Assembly: GCA_002189035.1 (NCBI GenBank)
Contig: CM007990.1
Span: 2,976,001-3,040,000 of the forward strand
Direction: 5' to 3'
Source of the DNA: Utricularia gibba
Taxonomy: Eukaryota; Plantae; Magnoliophyta
Length of the DNA stretch: 64,000 nucleotides
A program made the position numbers and the translations under genes. Each line of letters begins with the position of its first letter. Position 1 is the stretch's first letter. The notes under the pieces are model-generated. The model was not told where the DNA came from. It did no database searches and was given only the letters and a program-made list of their open reading frames with translations. Below are positions 1 through 10,647 of the stretch, in pieces.

Positions 1-1
1 A

Positions 2-530
2 GTTGATCATGTTCAAAAGAAGGTTCTGGTTACTACTCGTAGGAAAAATGGAAAACAAAAGAAGTTCATAGTGATGGTTAGTCAAGGCACGTGCGAGTGT
101 AGGAAGTGGCAAAATTTCGAAATTCCATGCTCCCATGCTCAGCAGGTACATGCTCGACTCCGTTTATAATGTATTTTATCTTTCGCATTATACTCACTTG
201 TAACTTCATGTGTGAAGGCATGCCGAATGCTAAACATTGATCCTAAGGATGTGATCAATTCCATGTTACATCTTGATCAGCATATTCGAATATATGAGAA
301 TCAAATTCAGCCATTGCAATCCGAGGATAGATGGCCACCGGCACCGTTTTTAATGGTCCATGACTCCAGCCGTAAAAAAAAATGTCTGCCATGGGAGACC
401 CTAGTCAACAAGGTTTACAATGCCAATGGATTATCAGTCACAGAGACATCGTGCATCATTTCAGGCATCGTCCCATCCGAACCAATACCCCATCGATGTG
501 CTGCCTAGATCATCGATGCATTATTCTGCG
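2..530 (+). mobile_element. MuDR/MULE transposase 3' remnant with SWIM zinc finger (pseudogene; 5' part lies outside the window)
   Basis: Frame 2 from base 2 reads ...GTCECRKWQNFEIPCSHA (SWIM CxCxxW...PCxH). An intron from ~146-218 is followed by ACRMLNIDP...IYENQIQPLQSEDRWP and a degenerate GRP*STRF..MD motif typical of MuDR C-termini. There is a frameshift in an A-run and a stop. Confidence 0.85.
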
Positions 531-733
531 ATACAACGAATGTATGATACATACGAGTCCGGTACCTCTACTACATAGAGTGTTCGTGGAAAAAAGTCTA
601 AGTTGGAAAGAGTTATGGGGTTTTTCTCTGTAAGTAAAAAATGAATAAGCATGTCATAATCATTGTATTGTAAAGAATGTCATATAAATTATTTTACACT
701 ATCTCATACACAAAACAACACTCTTTCACCTCT

Positions 734-991
734 TGGGCACCGCATAGACACGTAACTACGCTCAAGGATGCTGAAGGCGTCGTTTATATCATGAAGCATC
801 ACCTAGAGGTGGTGTTGGGTGCCGCTTATACATCTAAGTAGCGCCCATGGCATTGTGAACCAATGCTCAATGCATTTCTGGGCGTCGCTTATATCCATAA
901 GCAACGCCCATGGCATCCTTGAGCGCTGCTTATGATTTGTAAGTGACGTCCAGGCATGTCTAGGCACTGCTTAGCACAGCAAAAACACCCA
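734..991. repeat. Cluster of six ~32-bp imperfect palindromes, consensus TGGGCGYYGCTT(A)-N6-8-(T)AAGCRRCGCCCA
   Basis: Example 879-910: TGGGCGTCGCTTA-TATCCA-TAAGCAACGCCCA. Related units start at ~734, 775, 816, 920 and 961. Confidence 0.8.
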
Positions 992-1466
992 ATGCTTAGA
1001 GAGTCAGAATTTTGTAGTAATAAACTGTTAATTATTTACTTCTTTTCAATTTGTAGTCATAATGTCCTATTTTGTTAGTAAAAATATACTCAAGACCTTG
1101 TAAAAAAAAATTGTAGTTAATTTTTTCAAATATTGTTGGAAAAATTCAAAATACTTCAAAAAATTAAATATATACCTACCTCAATTAAATATACACCAAC
1201 TCCCTTTTCAAACCCTACACCCTCTTATCCTCTTCTCCTCTTCTCCTCTTATCCTCTTCTGCCGCATTTTCACCAACCTTCACCTTCAAAATCACCACCT
1301 TCTTCTTCACTGTGTATGTGAATTTTTCTTCACATAACTTCTTCATCTTGAGAAAAATCTTCTTCTTCTCACACAACATTTCAAATCCAACCAACTCATT
1401 CAAGGTATATGATGTCTTTCTGTTTTTTATATTTATTACTAACTCCACTAACATTCACAATGATAG

Positions 1467-3289
1467 ATGACTTTTGGAGACAAGATTAGACAAAGATACT
1501 TAGTTCCTGAAAATTTCGTTATATCAAAGGAAGAAGAAGATGAACAAATTTCAGATCAACCACCACAACGTGTTGGCACTCGTGCTTTTGCAGTTAGCAC
1601 CGAACATTTCAGATGTGGGTTAAGGTTACCTATCCAACCCTTTGTAGTGTCTGTGCTTCGTTCGGTGCGGCTTCCATTATCTCATTTAACACCAGCTTCT
1701 ATTGGAAATATTATTGCATTTATGAGGTTATGTGAAGATGATGGATATCCACTTAGTGTTGGTGCATTGTTTAGCATTGCAAAGTGTTCCAAGGTTGCTC
1801 ACACAAATCATTTCACAATATCATCAAAGGCAAGAATTAAAATAGTCACAGGTTTACGAGATTCCCATGGAGATTGGTAGACTAGTTTTGTATGAGTTAC
1901 TCCACCAGAAGACATGCGAATAAGAATACCTAGACATCTTTCAACCTCATCCAATGTTGGAAAACCAACAGGTAGAAAATGCTTCCTTTGAAAGACTCTT
2001 TTAATTTTCTTAACATTTTTTATGTTTTCAACTAATAGTTTTTTTTATATTATAAGAAATCCAACTGTTGGATGAAGATGACAAACAGTGTCTTGAAGCA
2101 TTGTTAATAGCAAAAGACATGAGATGGAGAGATATTGAACCACCAATTTCGAATGCCAGAGGTGCAATACGTATTTGGTGTGGCACTCCTCATAGGATAA
2201 GAACAGTACAGACTCATCTCGAAGAACATGAGATGGAAGAAGAACATACAACACATCATGATGTTTATGAGGAGGAGACGGTTGGTTCATCGGCTCCACA
2301 ACAAGTAGAGGATCATGATGTTGTGCAATTGCGTTCTGAGCTTGAGGAGGCCAGAAAGGAAGTAGATCAATTGAAGAAAACCATCTATCAATATGAAACA
2401 AGATATCCAATTTTCACTCTGCAGGAAGTTGATGCTTCAAGTCCAACGAAATTAATCATTTTAGATATTAATGGTCTACTTGCAGATGTTGTGTACATAG
2501 ACAAGGGACGTGCAGTAGGAAAACCTAACTACATCATCGAGTGAAGAGTGAGTAAGTAGTACAATTTTGTCACTCTAACTACTTGTGCAGTGACGACATT
2601 CGTTTTTTTTTATTACAGTTTATTTAAGACCAAATTGTAGCGAATTTATATCTTGGTGCTTGGAAATGTTTGATGTGGCTATTTGATCCTCACGAAAAGA
2701 GTAAGTTTATAAAATAACATGTCATTAGTGTATTCTAATTACTAATGACTCTTTTTGTTTTGTAGTGGACTTGTATGTAATATAGTTGACTTCATCCTTG
2801 CGTGTTGCCATCGAAGAGATCTAGTGTTTTGTTGGGGTATAAGTGCACTCACACAGGAATTGCCATTGGTGGAAGCTTTAGCACTATTAAATTTAAGGAT
2901 TTTCAACATGTATGAGATGACGATACAACCTTGAATTATCGTTACAATAATAGTAATACATTATTGATTGATGATTCACCAAAAAAGTTACTCCTAAATC
3001 CGGTAACGTGTTATCATTGTATGCCTCTATTGTAGAATCCATATGTACTAATTTTTTTTATCGTTTTCAATAGGTAAACAATGCAATGCTTCCCTATACT
3101 TACAGCATTACGCAGAGGGATGACAATGCACTACAAAGTGATGGATACCTTCGATTATTCTTGGAAGGATTATGTGAAGTAGATGATGTACGTAGCTATG
3201 TGGACACATTTCGATGTGAGGAGCCTCCAATTGCAGAAGGACATGAGCAATGAGAGCTTTATGAGTTTCTAAAATATAAGTATATGTAG
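1467..3289 (+). pseudogene. Chimeric TE-borne gene: Transposase_28-like (PF04195-like) domain + coiled coil + FCP1/NIF-type HAD phosphatase-like domain. Exons 1467-1971, 2057-2551, 2619-2700, 2766-3002, 3074-3289
   Basis: Exon 1 has FRCGLRLPIQPFVVSVL..LSHLTPASI..IIAFMRLCE. Exon 2 ends in KLIILDINGLLADVV. Later exons read YLRPNCSEFISWCLEMFDVAI*SSR, LVFCW..CTHTG, NTLLIDDSPKKLLLNP and NAMLPYTY...GYLRLFLEGL. Introns are GT-AG with compatible phases. There are six premature stops and one frameshift. Confidence 0.8.
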
Positions 3290-3520
3290 TCTTATTGTAA
3301 TAGCCTAATTATATTAAAGGGGCTTCAATTTCAATTATTAAAATAATCCATCCAATGATCAAAATACAGAATTCTTATATAGAATACCGAATAATAAATA
3401 TTTTTTGATGTAATACTACAACTCTCGGTCTCCTCTTTGTAAGTCGATACTGTATAACTTTACTGGATTAGACATGTTTCGAAAGAGTTATGCCGAATGT
3501 ATTACTAGAAACACCGTGTC

Positions 3521-3594
3521 TCGGCACTGCTTCTTGTTCGAAGCAGCGCCCACAAGATACTGGACGCTACTTGTTACTCTAAGCAATGCCCGAA
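3521..3594. repeat. Two further copies of the GGGCG..GCTT/AAGC..CGCCC palindrome
   Basis: TCGGCACTGCTTCTTGTTCGAAGCAGCGCCCA and CTGGACGCTACTTGTTACTCTAAGCAATGCCCGA. Confidence 0.7.
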
Positions 3595-3961
3595 AAATAT
3601 AAAGTATTTATTCGTTTTTCGTATTGATTTACTATGAAACTATATCGATAATAATTATCAGATAGTTATATCAATATTTATTTTATATTTTTAAATTACA
3701 CAATACAATATATCTCATTTTATTACAAAGTGTTTTTCATAATATATAGTTTAAATACAAATCAAATTATATTTATGATTGTTGTTTAAATTACTAATAT
3801 ACACAATATAATTTTATCATGAACACAAAGATTTAGTTGTTTTAATAAATGAAAATATTTTGGGGACAATTCTAAAATTGTCGATCAAAACTGTATCACT
3901 CTATCGGAATGCTCATGTTTCCAAAGAGTGATGCAGTATGTATTGACTCATGAGACCTTTG

Positions 3962-4034
3962 CTGGGCGTGGCTTCTTATTCAAGCGGCGTCCAGAATATA
4001 TTGGGCGTTGCTTGTGATTCCAAGAAGCATTCGA
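3962..4034. repeat. Two further copies of the same palindrome
   Basis: CTGGGCGTGGCTTCTTATTCAAGCGGCGTCCA and TTGGGCGTTGCTTGTGATTCCAAGAAGCATTCGA. Confidence 0.7.
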
Positions 4035-4199
4035 AAATTATTTATATTTAGTTATTTTTGAAATATATATATATATTTTCAAATAAACTGTTATACATCA
4101 ATTATATTATTAATAGAGACATGAAAATCATTTAATATAATAATTAAAAATAATATTTACGTATTTTTTTACGAAATGATTCAATAGGAATATGATAAA

Positions 4200-7100
4200 A
4201 AAGCATTCCATGATGTCTTCAAGAACAAGTATTCCTTCAATCATAATTGATGCTCAATCATACTTGCTCCATTATCTTCGAGGGACGCACATGAAGATCA
4301 AGTCAGGATCTTGAGTGATGCAAGAGCACTGCACAGTGAAAATGGAAATCACAAGGAGGTCATGCTTAAGGGATTTGGAATGAGTGGAGAAAAGAAAAAA
4401 GAGAGTGGAGTGAAAATGAGTGAAAAAAGATTTGAAAAAGTGGAGAGAAAAAAAGATGTGGGAAGGAAATGAGTGGAAAAAAAGGTGAGAATGAGTGAAA
4501 AACAGAAAATGGAAACCTGAGAGTGATAGAATTTGAGAGAAAAAAATAAGAGTCTCTTAGCTAGGCGAAGTGAGAAGAAGTTTCTACTTTTCTTAAAAAT
4601 GCTCAATCATTTCTTGTGTTTTGTCTCTCTTACATATATATCAAGATGTATTTCTAGAAGAACTTCAGAGATTACTTCCCATCAAATGTATTGAGCATCA
4701 AATTGATCTTGTGCCAAGTGCATAACTCCCCAATCGACCTGTCTACTGTGCCATTGCTAAGGAGACCAAGGAAATACGAATGCAAGTAGAAGAACTGATG
4801 TTAAGGTTTTGTTCATGAAAGCATGAGCCCTTGCTCTGTACCAATTTTATCAGTCCCTAAATTTGATAGAACTTGGCGTATGTGCACTGATTTTCAAGCC
4901 AGCAACAACATCATCATCAAGTATAAACATGTTATCCCTTTGAAGATATGCTTGATAAATTGCATGGTGCTTGTTTTTTTACTAAAATTGATTTGAGAAG
5001 TGGCTATAATCAAATTATAATGAAGGAAGATGATGAGTGGAAAACCGCTTTTAAAACAAAGTTTGGTTTGTATGAGTAGGTTGTTATGTTTTTTAGTTTA
5101 ATTAATGCGTGTAGCATCTTTATAAGATTGATGAATCATGTTCTTATGTCTTTTATAAGTAGATTTGTAGTTGTTTATGTTGATGAACATGTTTGTCATT
5201 TCAGGGATGTGTTAAATACTCTTAGGAAAGAGAAGTTGTTTGCTAACATAATAAGTGTATCATTTGCACAAATAGTGTCTCTTTTTTGGATATGTTGTTA
5301 GTGATATAGAGAAAGTGTAGCAATTAAGGAATGGACAGCTCCTACACCTGTTGGTGAAGTTAGGAGTTTTTATGGATTAGCAACTTCTATGGACGATTTC
5401 TAAAGGATTTCAACACCATAGCAGCACCCCTCACTCAATTGACCAAGAAAAATCACCCATTTCATAAGCAAGAATATACTTTCATACAATTCAAGAATAA
5501 AATTTGCTCAGCACCTCTCCTAGCTCTTCCAAATTTTTCTGATACTTTTGAAATTGAATGTGATGCATCAGGTTTTAGACATTGGTACTCTATCGATGAA
5601 AAATGGATATCCACTTGCTTAGTTTAGTGAGAAGCTTCATGGTGCCACCCTTAGCTATCCAACCTATGACAAGGAGTTGTATACATTGGTTAGAGCTTTG
5701 GAGACATGACAGCACTACTTATGGCCAAAGGAATTTGTGATACACACTGATCATGAGTCTCTCAAACATTTGAAGGGTCAAGGGACTAAATCGATGACAT
5801 GCCAAGTGGGTGGAATTCATTGACACATTCTCATATGTAATCAAATACAAGAAAGGTAAAGAAAATGTGGTAGCTGATGCTTTATCTCAAAGGTACACTC
5901 TTTTAGCCAATCTTGAGGCTAGAAATTTTTGGATTTGCCTCTATTATTGGCTTATATGCTCATGATCATGATTTTGGAGACATTTATAAGGCATTTGAAC
6001 TTGCTCCATATGGACTATTCTTTGGAAAAAATGACTTTCTTTATGGGACACATTGGCTGTGCATTCTTACTTGTTCCATACATGATTTGATTGTTTGGGA
6101 AGTTCATGGTGGTGAATAAATAGGACATTTTGATGTTATAAAGACTCTTGATACTCTCATCCAACATTTATTTTGACTACACATGAGAAGTGATGTTAAA
6201 AGAGTTTGTGATAGGTGTATTCCTTGTAGGAAGGCTAAATTAACCATTGCCCCTAATGATTTGTATACTGTACTTCCTACTCCTTCCCAACCATAGGTGG
6301 ACATTTCTATGGACCTTTTTTTAGACTTACCTCGTACTCAAAGAGGTAGAGATTCGATTTTTGTTGTTGTGGATAGATTTTCAAAGATGGGAAACTTTAT
6401 TCTATGTCACAAAACTAATGATTCATTTCATGTGGCTGATCTCTTTTTCATAGAAGTTGTTAGACTTCATGGTATGTCTCTCACAATCGTCTTTGATTGC
6501 AATGCAAGATTTCTCAGTCACTTTTGAAGAGTCCTTTGGAGTAAACTTGGCATTAAGCTCTTGTACTCAACAACCTATCATCTTCAAACTAATGAACAAT
6601 TTGAAGTAACAAATCACACACTTTCTATCTTAATGAGGATTATTATTAAATTTAGTCTTAAGACTTAGGAGGAATGTTTGCCACTTATTGAATTTGCTTA
6701 CAATCGAACAGTGCATCTCACAACTAGGTTATCCTCATTTCAAGTTGTTTATGGCTTCAATCCTCTTATAGCTTTGGATATGTTACATTTGCTTTGTGAT
6801 GAGAAAGTTAGTTTAGATAATGAAAAAAGGGATAACACCAGATTGAGTCCAACAATGCAAAGTACGTATTAACAGAAAACAAAAGTAAACGTAGAGTTGT
6901 GTTTGAACCTGCAGATTGGATTTGGATTCATCTCAGAAAGGAGAGGTTTCCTACAAAGAGGAAGTCAAAACTTCTTTCTCGTGGAGATGGACTTATCCAA
7001 GTTGTTGAATGCGTAAATGATAATACCTACAAGCTTGATTTACCAGGTGAGTATTCGGTCCATTCAACTTTCAATGTTACTAATTTGTCTCCTCTCGAAG

Positions 7101-7370
7101 ATTCATGGATGAATCTTTTTAAAGAAGGGGGATGATGAATCCCAGCAAGTTGATGATAGGCATTTGACGAATAATGAGAATGTGCTACAAGTGGATATCT
7201 TGGATAGCAAGATCATTCCATTTGGATCAATTACAAGGATTGGGAGCAAGAAGATTGAAGCATCACTCAAGTGTCTAATCAACAATATTGGGTTAGAAAT
7301 TGGGCTTGAAGTTTTGTCACAAAAAGAGTTCAACTATCTCAAAGTAGATCAACCTTGGACCCCAAAATAT
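4200..7370 (+). mobile_element. Degenerate Ty3/gypsy CRM-lineage (centromeric chromovirus) pol: linker, RT, RNaseH, integrase, PPT and start of 3' LTR
   Basis: The linker has LAPLSSRDAHEDQ plus an E/K-rich stretch. RT remnants read EHQIDLVP..LPNRP and [15 protein letters not shown]. Integrase reads [30 protein letters not shown] and WIHLRKERFPTKRKSKL..RGDG. The PPT AAAGAAGGGGGA is at 7121-7132, followed by TGATG. A CR-motif remnant FGSITRIGSKKIEASL lies inside the LTR. Confidence 0.88.
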
Positions 7371-8757
7371 TGTTGAGTTTCTCATACACATCGCATGTCA
7401 GAAAAGCAACATAATTTAAAAATTTTTGAGAAACCCCAACGCAGATCTTGGAATACGGTATACATCAGATAAAGGGATGTTGAAAATACCTTTCATAGGA
7501 CTTTGTTGTTCACCAGCCGCCAATAGTAGATGGCCTTTATAGTATCCACACATGAAGCACTCCATCAATAACCTTCTCAATGTTGTAGAATGCTGGTTGA
7601 TCTCTTTAGGTGCTAGAGAAAATCACTCTCTTGTGGATCAATCAGAGAACACGAAGATGATAGAAGTAGATATGTAGATCTAAATCTTTTTTATTGATAT
7701 TTGGTAACATATTAAATCAAATCTCCGTAAAGATCTTATCTTGTGGAGATATGTATATGTTCCAAATCTTATCTGCATAAAATCTTTTATTTTGAGTTTA
7801 ATCAATATTAATCTCAAAATACCTCTCTATTTAATTTATCCACTTTACCAATTACATCTCAATTAATTATGTTATTCCATTTTATATCGATGAGTGACTC
7901 CAGTATTGTGTGTGATCCTATAGGCTTCTTCAATCAAAGTCATAATAATGGATTTATTAATTAAATCTTAATTAATCAAATCCATCATTATCGATCATGA
8001 GTTATGTCTAGCAACATATCATGATCCCAAGATGTAAGAATAATCAGGTGAACTAATTGAGCCTTTCCATGATCAACGATCATGCAATAAATAGCTTTCA
8101 TCATATTTATATCTCATTCGATACCAGAACATGGATGTGTGTCTTTCTGATGTACGAACTTATAATTGCATTTAAGTACTAACATGAGTGATGAATACTT
8201 TATTGATTAATCAACTATCTCCAACCTTAAGGAATCACAACACTACTCATCCATACTAGGCAAGTTATGGTTAGGCTCTCATTAGTAATGAGCGAAAATG
8301 TGAACTTATGATCAAGATAACTTTGTTGACCTCGAGTTTAAGCTTACTTATCATATTCGTGATCTTGTTTACTGACACTTGATTAGCTTCCCATAGTAGC
8401 ATCTTGAAAACAAGTCATCTAGTGAATTAATCCTCTAATCAACACCCACATATAGGTTCTAGTAATCTCATTACGTCAATTGTGAGAACCATTGCCTAAA
8501 CGATTTAGGGAACTCAATGTGTGTCAACTTATACTTATTTGTGATATCCTCATTTCACAAATACTCTAGCTAGGGAGTTTTTAATTTAAGCATAAGTGTT
8601 TGAAGAATCTCACATTATGATCTCATCATAATTTCTATAGGACATAGATCAAGTAAAGGATTATATCAATGATATAAACTTGATCACAATTCAAAGTAAA
8701 CATCAAAAGATAAGATTTACCAATGAGTTGATTGTGTTTAGAACACATACACTAACA
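7371..8757 (-). mobile_element. Solo LTR (Ty1/copia, Angela-like) inserted in the CRM 3' LTR
   Basis: TG...CA termini (TGTTGAG at 7371; CTAACA ending 8757) flanked by a perfect 5-bp TSD AATAT (7366-7370, 8758-8762). The minus strand starts TGTTAGTGTATGTG. No coding sequence inside. Confidence 0.85.
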
Positions 8758-10647
8758 AATATGTCATCCTCCTGAATGTTTGTTAATGTAGATAATTTAT
8801 TTATTAAAATAATTACAATAATTACTTTCAAAACCATGTGCACACACCACATTCCATACTGCACAGCCACAAGTGCACATACTAGTCATTGGCACTTGGT
8901 AACAACTAGTAGGAAGAGACAGCAATCTGCACTCTGCAAAATGCATATTTGTTAAAATATGTATTGTATATTTTAATAATTTTCTAATCAGGTAATATAT
9001 TTTATATTTATTAATCTCATTCTCATTTTATAATATTAATTCAATAATTATTTATAATCATTTACAAAGATTTTCGGTCCAGTAATCCTTTTTTTAAAAA
9101 AAATGATCATTTTTGTGTTTTCATATACATGTATTAAATATTTAGAATTTTTAAATTTTTTAATCAAACCGAAACTGAAACCGAAATGGTATGGATACTG
9201 ATCTGCTGAAACCAAACCAAAAACGGCTCCGATCGATCACACATCTACAAAGACCTTTGACTCTCGTCGGATTTTGTAGCAATGAAAACCCCTCGATGCC
9301 TTTTAGCTCAATGAGGCATTGAACATAGGGGATAGCGATGGGGAAAAGGTCCTATCACTCTTAATTCATATTAGCTATTATCTAGTTGATTCGTAGTAGG
9401 ATAAAGCTTCATCTAGCACCAAATTTTTTAAGGCAAGCTTCGCTCAACTGTTCGATGAAGAACTTGTAAAAGCATCACGAGGGTCCCCAACAAGACATCA
9501 ACACTATTTTTCTTTTCTGTAACAAACTCTATAATAGTTCCCAAAGACCTCACAACAACATGCCTTTCCTATAAAAACTAGAAAAAGGTAAATTTTCAAA
9601 CATGTAAAGCAAACTTGAAAACTTGTATATTATTGGAGCGGCGTGTGCTCTTTCCGTAGGTGAATTTAGCATAAGATAGTTTATGGTTTGTGGACAATGG
9701 CCCCTCAGACTTGCCCTATTTATGATTTCCGAACGGTGACACTTGGGTTTGTGTTTACCCTGCACACCAAGTTGAAATATCAAGTGCTTCTGGCATGAAT
9801 GTCCCGTCCCACTTGTTGAGTATCAGCATTATCCAACAATTGCACTTTAGATAATTCGGCCTCCCCCAACAGTAAAAATGAAGACGTGGATTTAAATGAA
9901 ATTCATGAATGTAGACATTATGATCACAAGTGATTAATTTGATTTTTATTTTTTTAACTTGCCAACTTTTCTAAACCTAAAAACCGGATTATGTTATTTC
10001 TCGTATCATCTTAAAATATTTATAATATAAATTATTTGATGCGTATCATGATTAGTTAAAGAGTTTCAATGATTATTTTGCATTATAATGTTTAAAAATA
10101 TACAAAAATAGTGCTTTACAAGTTAAAACAAATACAAAATTTAATCCGCATCCCAACACTTACGGTATACTTGCTACTCACCTCTTCTATCAACTCACAC
10201 AACCTACTTTTAGCCGTTTCAATCCATACACGAATTTAGTTCAGAAAAAGACCCAAAAATCACACAACCATTAATTTCATTGGGTGTGCATATCGCATCT
10301 GAGTCTAAAACTTTTGCAAAATAGACAAAAACATAAGGACACAAAAAAACAACAAAGGCCAAGTATTCAATGTTGGGAACTGATCGAACACATAATCTCA
10401 ATTCAAAGCTACTTGGTATGACAAAATCAAATGAAATCACATACTGAACACAATCCAACAGCTCCAAAGTGCAAGCCTTTTATAAGGTGGAAGAGGGTTT
10501 GAGCAAAATTAACAGCAATTGTTGTCAGTGCCAGCAAATACAAACACCATAATCTTCTGCTATTATTTGGGAGGAATGATAATACAGAGACTAGCTATTG
10601 CTTGGAGAAATGATGATACAATGTACCTGAAAACATTGACGTTCACA

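Noticed and set aside
4349-4606. 85-aa Phe/Ser-rich minus ORF resembling a membrane protein
   Set aside because: Antisense of the purine-rich E/K linker of the CRM pol.
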